This document shows positions 49,490 to 60,643 of a stretch of 64,000 bases of DNA, piece by piece. How positions within the stretch are numbered: position 1 is the stretch's first letter; each line of letters opens with the position of its first letter. The DNA is from Saccharolobus islandicus REY15A. Lineage in GTDB: Archaea > Thermoproteota > Thermoprotei_A > Sulfolobales > Sulfolobaceae. The notes below the pieces were generated by a model. The model did not search any database and was not told the DNA's origin. It worked only from the letters and a program-made list of their open reading frames with translations. A program made the position numbers and the translations under genes. The stretch lies in assembly GCF_000189555.1 (NCBI RefSeq), contig NC_017276.1, one strand, 5' to 3'.

Positions 49490-50488
49490 TTAATCTACAC
49501 TATATCCTTTCCTTTTAAGTTCTTCTCTTACAACCTTTGTTCCCTCTACCATTGATACCAGTTTTTGATAGGCTATTTTTCTAGAAAGCAATTTCAGTCC
49601 ACAGTCTGGATTTATCCACACCTTCTCTGGTGTGAAATATTCTAAAATTTTTCTTATATCATTAGCGACTTCCTCAGATGTCTCGATCCTTCTATTATGC
49701 ACATCTATTACTCCAGCTCCAAGTTCCTTATCGAAACCATATCTCTTCAAAAGCTCTAAAGGCTTATAGTTGTAAATTTTAAATGCAAAATTTATCTGAT
49801 CAACCTTAAGCTCGTTCAAGTATGGTGCAACAAAGCTATATTCACCATAACATATGTGCATAACCAACTTAGCGTTTACACCTTTTACAGCTTCATTTAC
49901 TGCTTCCACTCCCCAACTTACATCCTCCCTTCTAGTGTGTAAGGCTGGCTCATCAATTTGTATTATTTTAGCTCCAGCTTCTACCAAGTTCTTGATTTCT
50001 TGATTTATCGCTTTCGCTAGATCAAAAACTAGGTCCTTTTTATTCTTATAGTATTCATTATAGGACCATTCAGCTATAGTGTAAGGACCAGTTATTGTTA
50101 TTTTCAAGTTATCAGTATAAGAGACAGATTTTGCAAAAGTAAACTCGTCAACTAGCATTGGTTTCTTGTACTCAACTTTGCTAACAACAGAAGGCTTTCT
50201 GTAATATGCCGTTCCCCACACTCTTACTGGACCATAGAACTTAAATCCTTTTATTCTCTCAGCGAAAAATTCAACCATCTCATCCCTTCTAACTTCGCCA
50301 TCTGTAGGAACATCAACTCCTGCATTATAGTGATCTTTAAGTACTGCTATTACAGCATCGTTAAAGGCCTCTTGTAAGTCCTCGTCGCTTATTTTACCTG
50401 CCTTATGGAGTCTTATGGATTCTCTTAACCATTTAGGCCTAGGATAGCTTCCAATAACAGTTGTAGGAAGTAAAGGTAACTTACTCAT
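49490..50488 (-). CDS. metE: Methionine synthase, split MetE catalytic half
   Basis: [29 protein letters not shown] motifs. Confidence 0.92.
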   Translation of the reverse strand: MSKLPLLPTTVIGSYPRPKWLRESIRLHKAGKISDEDLQEAFNDAVIAVLKDHYNAGVDVPTDGEVRRDEMVEFFAERIKGFKFYGPVRVWGTAYYRKPSVVSKVEYKKPMLVDEFTFAKSVSYTDNLKITITGPYTIAEWSYNEYYKNKKDLVFDLAKAINQEIKNLVEAGAKIIQIDEPALHTRREDVSWGVEAVNEAVKGVNAKLVMHICYGEYSFVAPYLNELKVDQINFAFKIYNYKPLELLKRYGFDKELGAGVIDVHNRRIETSEEVANDIRKILEYFTPEKVWINPDCGLKLLSRKIAYQKLVSMVEGTKVVREELKRKGYSVD

Positions 50489-51473
50489 TACTCTCCACCT
50501 TTTCTAATTTCTTTAAAAGTTTTAGTTTCTTTACAACAACAACCTCTGGTATAAAGTCAAATAAGGTGTTATTGCCTATAATCAAATCACTTACACCTTT
50601 TCGCTTAACTGAGTTATAAACTCTAATAATTGTACTTATCTTTTCCATCTTAGTGTTCCTAGCATTTAGTATACCTAAGTATACTTTCCTAGAAGGGAAA
50701 TACGTATATACTCTCCCAAGCTTCTTCAAATTTTCTATTACATCTATACCGAAATAGTCTACTGGTAAGGAGAAGAGTATATCTAGCCTTTTTAGGTTAT
50801 TAATTTCAAAATAGGTCATTAGATGCTTCTCTATTTTTACATTATCAAACATAGTTTTGTATATCTCTGGTAATTTCTCTAAAGCATCTCTCTTTATGTT
50901 ACTACTAAATATTGCAGGTTCATGAATTTCTATTGCATCGACGACATTTGAAAGTTCTTGCGATAATGAATTAACAGCTGATGCGTAATCGATCATTAGG
51001 TCTATTGGATTCTTATAATACCGATTATCAGATAGTACATAGTATGTTAAAGGCCCTGGAATTACGGCTTTCAACTTAGAAGATAAACTTAATTCTTCCT
51101 TAATTTTCCTAGAGGACTCTAAATCTTGTAGGAAAAGGTTTTCCTCTCTTGTCTTTAAATTTATTTTCTCCTTAATTACAGGTTGCCTATAATAGAAGTT
51201 GTTATCAAAAAACCTTTGCAAAGGACCTTTTTCACCACCGCTAATAAAACCAAATGTTACATCAATAACATCGTCCCATCTGAATAGTCCATTGGTAGTA
51301 TAGTCTAATTTAACATCTCCAGCTAGCTCAAACAATTTCTTTACATTTTCATTAATGTACTTCTCTAGTTTCTCCTTATCTATCTTGCCCATATTATACC
51401 ATGAAATTACTTTTCCCAATTTGGGATTTTTTGGAAAACTGCCCACTAAGGCTTTTTTCACATTCATTATCAA
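50481..51473 (-). CDS. Split MetE N-terminal-like half
   Basis: [26 protein letters not shown] motifs; lacks Zn ligands. Confidence 0.75.
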   Translation of the reverse strand: MIMNVKKALVGSFPKNPKLGKVISWYNMGKIDKEKLEKYINENVKKLFELAGDVKLDYTTNGLFRWDDVIDVTFGFISGGEKGPLQRFFDNNFYYRQPVIKEKINLKTREENLFLQDLESSRKIKEELSLSSKLKAVIPGPLTYYVLSDNRYYKNPIDLMIDYASAVNSLSQELSNVVDAIEIHEPAIFSSNIKRDALEKLPEIYKTMFDNVKIEKHLMTYFEINNLKRLDILFSLPVDYFGIDVIENLKKLGRVYTYFPSRKVYLGILNARNTKMEKISTIIRVYNSVKRKGVSDLIIGNNTLFDFIPEVVVVKKLKLLKKLEKVESNE

Positions 51474-52204
51474 ACTTTTGGAGCTAATAAATAAGTAACT
51501 TTCCCTCCTCCCTCCATATTAAAGGATAACTGAAGAGGCTTCTGGTCACCAAATGCTATCTTGACGAAATCTGAAAGTTTAGTTAATGACAAGACATCAT
51601 CCAGATATTCTCCAGAATATGAGTTCTTGGAGTTCTTAGAGAATTCTAAATCTTGAAGACCACCAGTATCTTTAGAAAATTCAACTTCAATTTCATTCTC
51701 TCCTTCAGCCTTAATCAATATTTTATCTTCATAACCCTCAATGATTACATTATCACTCACTGTTGAAACTTCTGATATTGCTGACTTAAAACCATCTGAA
51801 GAAATCGTGGCTGATATATCGAATTGCAGGTTGATTTCTGGAATATTTTCCTCAGACACCTCTAGGTTCCTAACATTAAACTCCCTATTAGTTCCTCCTA
51901 TAATATTTATGATAATACTCTCTGGAGATTCACTAGATATTTCTATTGCCTCTTTTCTCTTAGCTACTTTCAGAATTTTCATCAGATATTGGGTATTAAA
52001 GCCAAACTTAAATTCCTCACTTACGTCATACTCTTTAAACATCTCCTTAGGCAATTTAACTGATATTAGGGAAATGTGAGCCCTATCCAATGCAACTAAT
52101 TCCACATTATCCTCCTTAAACTTTAATACCGCTTCATCAACTAACTTGGCTAAAGCTTGTACAATATCTTTGAGAACCCTCACATCATCATAAACTACTT
52201 TCAT
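51470..52204 (-). CDS. pcna3: PCNA sliding clamp subunit (PCNA3 type)
   Basis: [15 protein letters not shown]; start MKVVYDD at 52204. Confidence 0.9.
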   Translation of the reverse strand: MKVVYDDVRVLKDIVQALAKLVDEAVLKFKEDNVELVALDRAHISLISVKLPKEMFKEYDVSEEFKFGFNTQYLMKILKVAKRKEAIEISSESPESIIINIIGGTNREFNVRNLEVSEENIPEINLQFDISATISSDGFKSAISEVSTVSDNVIIEGYEDKILIKAEGENEIEVEFSKDTGGLQDLEFSKNSKNSYSGEYLDDVLSLTKLSDFVKIAFGDQKPLQLSFNMEGGGKVTYLLAPKV

Positions 52205-52311
52205 GTCAATCAATCTTATATTCCTTTCAAAAGATTTAAGATATATCATACTTTCAATCTAACTAAAGATTCAAAAGATTTAACTATCCTTTAGAGAATA
52301 TACTTCTAACA

Positions 52312-53616
52312 ATGAGAAGAATATTATTATCATCAGACAGAAGTGGATCGGGAAAAACACTTATCACATCAGCAATTATGAGAGCATTATCTAAAAAATA
52401 CAGAGTTAGAGGTTTAAAAGCTGGACCAGATTTCATAGATCCCGGGTATCATAAGATTGCCACAAGCTTTCCTTCAATAAACTTAGACTTATGGATGATG
52501 GGAAAAAACAATGTAAAGAGAAGTTTAATAAAATATGGAAGAGAATTCGATATAGGAATAATTGAAGGAGTAATGGGTCTATATGATGGTGTAGATACGC
52601 TTTACAGCACGTATGAGCTAGCTAAAGTTACTAAGACTCCAGTAATCTTGATAATTAATTGTTTTAATATAGGAAGTACTGTGGGTGCAATTGTAAAGGG
52701 GTTAAAATACTATAGAAACGATGTGAATATTCGAGGAGTCATCTTTAATAAAATAGCTTCCGAGACCCATTATAATTATTGTAAGAATGCAGTAGAAGAT
52801 GTTGAAGTTTTAGGCTATGTTCCATTTGATAAGAATCTGGAAGTTAAATCCAGACATTTGGGCTTGGTCACGATTGAGGATAATAAAGAAGTACAAGACT
52901 TAATTAGATATGCATCAGAGTTAGTAGAGAAATACGTTGATTTAGATAAAATCTATGAGATGGCTTCTGATGAAGACCTTGAAGTCGATCTTCCTAAAGA
53001 TGATGAGAATAAGGGATTAAAACGAAAAATGGCAATAGCTTACGATCCCGCTTTTAGTTTCTATTATCAAGAAAACTTAGATATATTGAGAAGCAGATAT
53101 GAATTGGAATTCTTCAGCCCACTAAATGACGAATACGTAGAAGATGCAGAAGCTATATATATCGGAGGAGGCTATCCAGAACTTCATCTAAATGAACTAG
53201 AAAGATCTAGCAAGACAAAAAGTTGGCTTAAAAATTCGTCTTATTCTGGAGTGAAAATCTATGCTGAGTGTGGTGGCCTAATGTACTTGTCTAAAAATCT
53301 AATAGATGAGAATAATAAAAATTATAATATGGTGGGTATTTTTGATATTGACATAAAAACTAAGGATAAATTAACAATTGGATATACAGAATTAGAAGCA
53401 ATTAATGAAAACTTCATAGCAAACAAAAATAGTTTAGTTAGGGGACATGAATTTCATATATCTAAACCCATTAGAGTTAATGAAAAAGAATTTGTATTTA
53501 AAGTTAGAATAGGGAAAGGTATTGTTGATAAATTAGATGGTGTAAAAAGCAATAATACTATTGCAAATTACTCTCACTTGCACTTTTCTAACTTTCAGCA
53601 GAAGATTGTTTTTTAA
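52312..53616 (+). CDS. cbiA: Cobyrinate a,c-diamide synthase
   Basis: [39 protein letters not shown] motifs. Confidence 0.93.
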   Translation: MRRILLSSDRSGSGKTLITSAIMRALSKKYRVRGLKAGPDFIDPGYHKIATSFPSINLDLWMMGKNNVKRSLIKYGREFDIGIIEGVMGLYDGVDTLYSTYELAKVTKTPVILIINCFNIGSTVGAIVKGLKYYRNDVNIRGVIFNKIASETHYNYCKNAVEDVEVLGYVPFDKNLEVKSRHLGLVTIEDNKEVQDLIRYASELVEKYVDLDKIYEMASDEDLEVDLPKDDENKGLKRKMAIAYDPAFSFYYQENLDILRSRYELEFFSPLNDEYVEDAEAIYIGGGYPELHLNELERSSKTKSWLKNSSYSGVKIYAECGGLMYLSKNLIDENNKNYNMVGIFDIDIKTKDKLTIGYTELEAINENFIANKNSLVRGHEFHISKPIRVNEKEFVFKVRIGKGIVDKLDGVKSNNTIANYSHLHFSNFQQKIVF

Positions 53617-54346
53617 GCTCTATTTTCTTTACTCTTTCAATTAATTCAGCTACCTTGTCTATATCTTGTGAATAAAGCCTAACGTGGAATGGAAACTTTG
53701 ATGAAGACTTTATCTCAACGTATTTCTTATCCCTATTTTGAGAAATTTGAGCGTCTACTAAATACTTCGATGGTAAAAATACACCCGATCTATCAGTAGC
53801 TATAACACCTTTTTCTGTTATTTTATATGATGTAGGCGCCATGGGAATATTAGTCTGAAACTTTAGTACACGTCTGTTCATTAAAAAGCTAACACCGTAG
53901 AGTAATTCAAAATACAATACGAAAAATCCAAATTTATACAGCGTATTATCAATGTTGGTGACAAATCTAATTATTACATAATTATAAATTAATACTAGAA
54001 TTATCATATATAAGAACATTATACCCATTGAGGAGAAATTCTTCTTCATTACCTCAGTAGTTTCCTTTAAATATTCCTCATCCTTGTTTACAAGTTCACT
54101 TGCCTTTTTCTCTTCATATAACGTCCTAGCATTAGCTATCTCACCTAGCGATCTCCTTTCTCTAAGTAAAGGATTTGAACGCATCATTATTACGGATGTT
54201 ATACCCAAGTAAACCAAAATATATAGTATGTAAAATTCTATAAAATATTTTGGGAAAAAGCTAAGTACTAGCGAAAACAATATCATCATTACTTGTGATA
54301 GTAGTACAAACTTCCAGTTGAAGGGATTATATCCAGTAGATGACAT
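53588..54346 (-). CDS. Membrane protein (DUF2208-like)
   Basis: Four TM segments plus a soluble beta-rich C-terminus. Confidence 0.6.
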   Translation of the reverse strand: MSSTGYNPFNWKFVLLSQVMMILFSLVLSFFPKYFIEFYILYILVYLGITSVIMMRSNPLLRERRSLGEIANARTLYEEKKASELVNKDEEYLKETTEVMKKNFSSMGIMFLYMIILVLIYNYVIIRFVTNIDNTLYKFGFFVLYFELLYGVSFLMNRRVLKFQTNIPMAPTSYKITEKGVIATDRSGVFLPSKYLVDAQISQNRDKKYVEIKSSSKFPFHVRLYSQDIDKVAELIERVKKIELKKQSSAES

Positions 54347-54474
54347 TGCTACTATAACTTTAATAACATAGGCTTATATTTCTGTTGGATCAATAATTTA
54401 AACTCTCAAATAAATATTGTACTTAGATATGAGTAAATACTTTTTTATACTATTGCAGTTCTGATATTCTTGGG

Positions 54475-55134
54475 ATGGATTTTCTTAGTTTACGTAAAGA
54501 TTTGGAGTCTGGAATACCGCTATTAATATACGACTTTGACGGAAGAGAGGAAGAAACAGACATGATATTTTACGCAGGAGCAATAAGCTGGAAAAGTATA
54601 TATACTCTGAGAAAAGAAGCAGGAGGATTGATATGTTACGCAACGTCAAATAGTGAAGCTAAAACATTGGGTTTGAATTTTATGGCAGAAGAGTTAAAAC
54701 GACACGAATTATACAAAAAATTAGTAAAGAAGCCTTCTTATGGAGATTATCCAGCGTTTTCCCTATGGGTTAACCATGTCAATACAAAAACTGGAATCTC
54801 TGACTATGATAGATATATTACAATAAGTGAATTACATAAAATAATAGCTAAAACTAAAACAAATCCAGAAGATGCGAGAAGGGAATTTTACGAGAATTTC
54901 ATGACACCGGGCCATGTGCCAATACTAATTGCAAGAGATATAAGGGAGAGAAGAGGCCATACTGAATTATCAATCGCGCTGTTACAAAAGTTAGGGTTAG
55001 AAAGTAGTGCGGTAATAGCAGAGATGCTAGATGAGAAATTAAGCATGAATAAAGAAAAAGTAAAAAAGATTGCAAAAAATCTAGGATTTCACTTTATAGA
55101 GGGAAAAGATATTTTTAAAGAGGTGGTTATATGA
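54475..55134 (+). CDS. ribB: 3,4-dihydroxy-2-butanone 4-phosphate synthase
   Basis: REEETD, PGHVP, RRGHTE, AEM motifs. Confidence 0.93.
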   Translation: MDFLSLRKDLESGIPLLIYDFDGREEETDMIFYAGAISWKSIYTLRKEAGGLICYATSNSEAKTLGLNFMAEELKRHELYKKLVKKPSYGDYPAFSLWVNHVNTKTGISDYDRYITISELHKIIAKTKTNPEDARREFYENFMTPGHVPILIARDIRERRGHTELSIALLQKLGLESSAVIAEMLDEKLSMNKEKVKKIAKNLGFHFIEGKDIFKEVVI

Positions 55135-55598
55135 CGAGAAAATACGGAATAGCCGATACAACATTTTCCAGGGTTGATATGGGAAGCATAGCGTATAAGG
55201 TAATAAGAAGTGAAGACGATGAAGCGGAGATCATTAGGTATACTGTACCGGGCATTAAAGATTTACCAGTAGCTTCAAAGAGATTACTAGATGAAGGTTG
55301 TGATGGTGTAATAACCCTAGGCTGGGTAGGTAAAACGATATTGGATAAGTATAGCTACTTGGCTACAAGCATAGGCTTAATAATGGTTCAAATTCTAACT
55401 TCTAAACATGTAATTGACGTAACAGTACATGAAGATGAGGCAGATGATGAAGAAAAGTTAAAGGAGATAGCAATTGATAGGGCTACTAAACACGCTAAAA
55501 ACTTAGTTAAGCTCGTAAAGGAAGGTAAAAACGCACTAACTAAATACGCAGGGAAAGGGTTGAGGCAGGGGTATAATAATGCAGGGGAAATCGATTAG
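55131..55598 (+). CDS. ribC: Archaeal riboflavin synthase
   Basis: [29 protein letters not shown] motifs. Confidence 0.93.
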   Translation: MTRKYGIADTTFSRVDMGSIAYKVIRSEDDEAEIIRYTVPGIKDLPVASKRLLDEGCDGVITLGWVGKTILDKYSYLATSIGLIMVQILTSKHVIDVTVHEDEADDEEKLKEIAIDRATKHAKNLVKLVKEGKNALTKYAGKGLRQGYNNAGEID

Positions 55599-56043
55599 AT
55601 TAGGAATAGTAGTAGCCGAGTTCAACTACGATATAACGCAATTAATGTTACAAAAAGCATTGTCACATGCCAAATTCTTAAACGCTGAGGTGAAAGTAGT
55701 TATAAAAGTACCTGGGACATTCGACATGCCTCTTGCAATTAAAAAACTGCTTGAGAAAGATTTCATAGACGCCGTAGTGACTTTAGGAGCAGTAATAAAA
55801 GGGGAAACTAAACACGATGAAATAGTTGCAAGCCAAACTGCTAGGAAAATAGTTGACCTCTCTACAGAATTCAATAAACCTGTGACACTAGGAATAATTG
55901 GTCATGGAGCAACTCATGAACAAGCTGTTGAAAGAATTGAAGAATACGCAACCAGAGCAGTAGAGGCTGCAATAAAGTTAGTTCAAAGGACGAGAAAGAT
56001 AGATGAGCTGAAAGAGGTTAAGGAAACGGTGATTATAGATTGA
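55579..56043 (+). CDS. ribH: 6,7-dimethyl-8-ribityllumazine synthase
   Basis: [22 protein letters not shown] motifs. Confidence 0.95.
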   Translation: MQGKSIRLGIVVAEFNYDITQLMLQKALSHAKFLNAEVKVVIKVPGTFDMPLAIKKLLEKDFIDAVVTLGAVIKGETKHDEIVASQTARKIVDLSTEFNKPVTLGIIGHGATHEQAVERIEEYATRAVEAAIKLVQRTRKIDELKEVKETVIID

Positions 56044-56732
56044 AGGTATTAGCGATAAAGCTTGTAGATTATAGGGAGTGGACTGAGAGACTAGGATATG
56101 ATAGGGAATGGTTAATTCAAAAAATTCAGAATAAATTCATGATGAAAATTCATGAGATAGCTTCACAATATAGCACATTTCCCCTTCAACTCAGATTTGA
56201 TAATTTTTTGATGATAGTTGATGGAATAACTAATACCCAACTTATCTACATGATAAACGATATGCAAGAAAACCTTCCAGTAGGAATAAAGACTTGCTTA
56301 GGTTATGGAAAAACTCCGCTAGAGGCGCAATGGAATGCATCTGTTTGCCTAAATAATAAAGAAGACAAATTTAAGGAATATGTGGACGAAAAAATAGCTG
56401 CATTACATTTCGATATAAACTTCAACACGGAAGCATTAAAATACACATCTGTATATGACTCATTTTTGGAGATAACCAATATATATGTAGACTTATCGAG
56501 ATTTTTATACAAGATAGGCGGGATACTGCAATATTTAGGCGGAGATAACTATCTAGGCTTTGTGTCCACCAATAGCGTCAATAAGGTAATAGAGAAATTT
56601 AGTGATGATAATAAGATAAAGGTAGGGATAGGGATAGGACAAAATGCGAGAACTGCAATAAAATTGGCTACTACTTCTTTAGAGAAAATAAGGAATAATA
56701 GGGAAAAGACTTGGCATATAGAGGAAGAATAA
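56040..56732 (+). CDS. gch3: GTP cyclohydrolase III (IIa)
   Basis: [29 protein letters not shown] motifs. Confidence 0.9.
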   Translation: MKVLAIKLVDYREWTERLGYDREWLIQKIQNKFMMKIHEIASQYSTFPLQLRFDNFLMIVDGITNTQLIYMINDMQENLPVGIKTCLGYGKTPLEAQWNASVCLNNKEDKFKEYVDEKIAALHFDINFNTEALKYTSVYDSFLEITNIYVDLSRFLYKIGGILQYLGGDNYLGFVSTNSVNKVIEKFSDDNKIKVGIGIGQNARTAIKLATTSLEKIRNNREKTWHIEEE

Positions 56733-57850
56733 CACTAAACGTAAGACTAGCTTTAGTAGGAGAGGAACTAGAAATAAGAGAGAACGTTAACTTAGAAATA
56801 GAAGAAGGTATAATAACTCATATAGGAAATGGCTTCTCGGCTGAAGGCATAACATTTAAAAACGGAATCTTAATCCCTGGACTAGTTAACGCTCATGTTC
56901 ATTCTGCCGACTTCATATGCCAAGAAATGGGATACAATATGCCAATAAGTGAAGTTGTTGGAGATCCGTATAGCATTAAATATGAATGTTTAAGCAAAAA
57001 TACAAAAGAATCAATCATGAACTCTATAGAGAGATTCATCATGAGAGGAAGAGAACTAGGTTCTAATATAATAATCGACTTTAGAGAGCAGGGATTAGAG
57101 GGAAGCTTACTTTCGAATACTATTAAGAATAAAATGACTGCTAACGGAGTAAAATATTACTTCCTAGGAAGACTTGAAGAAGATGAATTCAAGTACAGCT
57201 ATATTTTAAATAGACTATATGAAATAGCTGACGGTTATGGGTTATCTAGTGCTTCTAGTACATCTAATATGGAGTTAATAAGAGATACATTTAAGGATAA
57301 AATTAGGGCAGTCCACATATCTGAGACCATGAAGCATTGGTTAAAAAACGATTTAGAATATGTGATGAGGAAATATAACCCAAATCTAATAATACACGGA
57401 ACGCATCTAAGTGAAGAGGAAATTAACGTTATAAGAGATAAGAGGGCCTCCCTAGTTTATTGTCCAAGGAGTAACCTCTGGTTCTCTGTAGGAATACCAA
57501 AGGTGATAAACGGGTTAAAAAGCGGGGTTAACGTAGTGATTGGAACTGACAATGGGGGAGTATTAGATCCAGACATGTGGAAGGAAATGGAAACATTACT
57601 TCTGATTTCCAGAATTCAGGATCCACTTTCCGACTACTCATTACAAATATTGAAGGCCAGTACTATTAACGCTTATAGGTTTTTAGGGATTAGAGGATGG
57701 ATAGAAGAGGGAAACAACATTGAAGCTGGTTTATTAATTCTTGAGGGAGAGAATTCAGGGATACTAAGCTCAAACAATAAATATATGGGAATTATAAAAA
57801 GAGGCAATAAAATAATTTATAACCTTGGTGCTATCCAAAAGATCATGTGA
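56711..57850 (+). CDS. Metal-dependent amidohydrolase (deaminase subtype)
   Basis: PGLVNAHVH, HISE, HGTH, GTDNG motifs. Confidence 0.85.
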   Translation: MAYRGRITLNVRLALVGEELEIRENVNLEIEEGIITHIGNGFSAEGITFKNGILIPGLVNAHVHSADFICQEMGYNMPISEVVGDPYSIKYECLSKNTKESIMNSIERFIMRGRELGSNIIIDFREQGLEGSLLSNTIKNKMTANGVKYYFLGRLEEDEFKYSYILNRLYEIADGYGLSSASSTSNMELIRDTFKDKIRAVHISETMKHWLKNDLEYVMRKYNPNLIIHGTHLSEEEINVIRDKRASLVYCPRSNLWFSVGIPKVINGLKSGVNVVIGTDNGGVLDPDMWKEMETLLLISRIQDPLSDYSLQILKASTINAYRFLGIRGWIEEGNNIEAGLLILEGENSGILSSNNKYMGIIKRGNKIIYNLGAIQKIM

Positions 57851-58566
57851 CCTCCACTAACTGCTTCCACATCAATTTTCATAGGGAGATTCTCACCAAA
57901 GCTCACCATTGTAGGGGCTGAAAAACCTCTTACGCCTGTTATAGCATCCTTAAACATCTCCGCGCTATAAGAAGACGTAGCTGATGCGTCTATGGAGAGT
58001 TCTTTTAAGGGCTTATCTTTCATTAGCAATGCAACATACTTTTTACCTTCCTCACCAGCTTCTATCTTTACCTTATCCTCTTCTGTTGAAATCCTCATCT
58101 CTTCTCCAACTAAAGATACATCTGCTGCTATCACATTAAGTATGCTCTCATCTGTAGTGAAATTCACGGTCAAATTAACTTTTGGTTCAGTCAATTGTTC
58201 AACTTGACCCTTTTCCGCTTTAAGATAAATGGTACTTTTCGCCCCACTTTTCTCGTCTCTTATTATAATCTTTAATCCACTGTCGGTCTCACTTAACTCG
58301 ATCGTAGCTTTCTTTGACCTAGCTTTTGAAAGAATCTTCTTTACTGAAGAAACGTCTAATTTAACTGAAGTGGGACTATCAATACTATATTCACTCAAAA
58401 CGTCTTTAGATATTCTTATAATTGCCATCAACACTTTGTCTTCAGTCAAATGCCTCGAAAATATTCCATCTTCCGTAAAATTTAGAACAATAGAATCAGT
58501 AACTTTTGTAATAGAATTGATGAACGAGAAAAAGTCTTTCGCATTAGGGTAAATAATCTTAAACAT
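57817..58566 (-). CDS. pcna1: PCNA sliding clamp subunit (PCNA1 type)
   Basis: MFKIIYPNAKDF..., FWIAPRL. Confidence 0.9.
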   Translation of the reverse strand: MFKIIYPNAKDFFSFINSITKVTDSIVLNFTEDGIFSRHLTEDKVLMAIIRISKDVLSEYSIDSPTSVKLDVSSVKKILSKARSKKATIELSETDSGLKIIIRDEKSGAKSTIYLKAEKGQVEQLTEPKVNLTVNFTTDESILNVIAADVSLVGEEMRISTEEDKVKIEAGEEGKKYVALLMKDKPLKELSIDASATSSYSAEMFKDAITGVRGFSAPTMVSFGENLPMKIDVEAVSGGHMIFWIAPRL

Positions 58567-58570
58567 AACT

Positions 58571-58885
58571 TTAACCCTCTACACTCTTTTCTTTTTTATT
58601 GGTCTTTTTAACCTTTTTACTAACCGCTTTTTTAGCTTTCCTTCTGGAATCCCTCTTCTCGTAATCCTTATAATTGTCCTCAAATAACCTCTTAGCTTCA
58701 TCTACAGAGATCTTACCATTCAATAAATTATCCCAAATTTCAGTATTTTTCATTAGCAACTCTATATCTTGTATTGAAAGTTTTGGAAACTCCTCCTCTG
58801 ATGTCTCCTCAACTTCCCTTTCTTCACTAACCTCCTCGTTAATAGTCCCTTCCTTTTCCTCCTCTGTTGACATACCAGATACCAT
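58571..58885 (-). CDS. rpo13: RNA polymerase subunit Rpo13 (Sulfolobales-specific)
   Basis: Acidic N-terminus, FPKLSIQDIELLMKNTEIWD core, basic C-terminal tail. Confidence 0.92.
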   Translation of the reverse strand: MVSGMSTEEEKEGTINEEVSEEREVEETSEEEFPKLSIQDIELLMKNTEIWDNLLNGKISVDEAKRLFEDNYKDYEKRDSRRKAKKAVSKKVKKTNKKEKSVEG

Positions 58886-60604
58886 TTATTTTAAAGAATT
58901 AAGCTTTACTAAAAGTATATCTCTACTATCCCCGCTTATAGTAACTACGTGACCCCTTTCTAAAGATCGAATAGCTTGATAAATAGCCTCGTATCTATCC
59001 CTATCACTCCCTCCCAATGCCCTACTTAAGTAGTCTAACTCTTTCGGCTCAACAACGTTAAATATAAAGATATAACTTGAATTTTGGAAAATATTTTCTA
59101 TATTCTCAGTTATCTGAGATATCAAAATCATTCCCACTCCGAACTTTCTTACCTCCGCGAATAACCTCTCAACAATTTCTAACCCAGTCTCTTTACCTAG
59201 TATAAAAGGCGCCTCATCTATAACCAAAAATTTCCACAAACGAGAAATTCCACGCCTATATAGATAGTTTCTAAAATCTCTAAGTATAGTCTCAATCAAA
59301 ATGTATTTTAGCTCATCCGTAGCAACTTTAGAAAAATCCAGAATTATATTACCCTCAAAGATCTTTTTCATGTCCAAACTATTGCCACTTAAAATTTGAT
59401 TAGACAAAAATTGTATATAAGGTTCTATGGAAGATAGCCTAGAAAGATCCTGTGAATTCTCAACCAATTTCTTTCTTCTTTCTATCATCAATAGCACATC
59501 CCTAAAAGTCGGTGGTGTTGAATTCCAACTACTCTCATCGTTCTCATCGATCCCTTTCTCAGCGTAGGTATCCATTATGATATTAAAAATATCTATAGTT
59601 TGCAAATTGCCAAGTCTGAAAATGGACCTTAGCATATAAGCAACCTCCAGTGCCCTTTGCCTAGGTGATGCGCCATTTAATGAAAGTGGATTTAACGAAT
59701 TTTTAGAGATATCAATCCTTTCTCCACTTTCAATCTCGTATTCTCCATGTAAATCAAAAACTAAGTAACTAATATCTGAAAATTTTCCAATAATACTTTT
59801 AGCTAAACTAGACTTTCCAGATCCACTCGTACCCAATATTACTATGTTATAATTCTTTGATTCGTCAAAATTTAGATGAAATTTCAAATTGGAAAATTTT
59901 CTCCATCCGTATTTGGTGTTAGATATCCTATTAACTAAAGAAGGAGCCAATATTCCCTCAATATAACCCAACTCTATCCCCTTTTCCTTTATAGAATAAG
60001 TAGCTAATTGCGTAAATAGGAAAGGAAATGAGAACCATGACAAGATAATCAAAGGGAAAACGAGATCATTTGAAACAAGAAGTGTCAAGACAAATGATGC
60101 CATACTACCAATAAATAGAAAGAGATTGGACAAAACTTCATAGAAAACCAGAAAGGACACCACAACGAACAACCCGCCGTAAATAATCTTATTTTTACTA
60201 ATATTAACATTTAACCTGGAAATATTTAACAAAATCTCATCTGGAAAACTTCTTCTAGAAATCCCCAATATAGCTCCAATAACAATGGTAGCAAGAGCAT
60301 AATATCCTAATAGATTTAAGAATGTAGATAAGATAAGATTGAAGTCCACATTATTTGAAATAATTAACGCGTAAGCTATTGCTGTTACATAATAAAGGAA
60401 TGAGACTATTATGGATGAAAACATTAAAGTGATAACTACTGAGAATATTATCATCAATATGGGAATTACCAGCAATAATATAGACAAATTATTTACTAGC
60501 TGACTTAGATTACTTCCAAATGTCAAATAATTCATTAAACGATCAATTAGGTAAGCTATGATAAGCATTAGTAAATTAGCCACAATGTGTCTCTTCTCAT
60601 ACAT
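58886..60604 (-). CDS. Membrane-anchored HerA/VirB4-like ATPase (CedB-like architecture)
   Basis: About 200-aa multi-TM N-terminus; GTSGSGKS, FDLHGEY, IDEA, VRKFG, ISQ motifs. Confidence 0.8.
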   Translation of the reverse strand: MYEKRHIVANLLMLIIAYLIDRLMNYLTFGSNLSQLVNNLSILLLVIPILMIIFSVVITLMFSSIIVSFLYYVTAIAYALIISNNVDFNLILSTFLNLLGYYALATIVIGAILGISRRSFPDEILLNISRLNVNISKNKIIYGGLFVVVSFLVFYEVLSNLFLFIGSMASFVLTLLVSNDLVFPLIILSWFSFPFLFTQLATYSIKEKGIELGYIEGILAPSLVNRISNTKYGWRKFSNLKFHLNFDESKNYNIVILGTSGSGKSSLAKSIIGKFSDISYLVFDLHGEYEIESGERIDISKNSLNPLSLNGASPRQRALEVAYMLRSIFRLGNLQTIDIFNIIMDTYAEKGIDENDESSWNSTPPTFRDVLLMIERRKKLVENSQDLSRLSSIEPYIQFLSNQILSGNSLDMKKIFEGNIILDFSKVATDELKYILIETILRDFRNYLYRRGISRLWKFLVIDEAPFILGKETGLEIVERLFAEVRKFGVGMILISQITENIENIFQNSSYIFIFNVVEPKELDYLSRALGGSDRDRYEAIYQAIRSLERGHVVTISGDSRDILLVKLNSLK

Positions 60605-60643
60605 TTATATATTCCCCTTTAGTATTACATTACTGCTAAAGTA

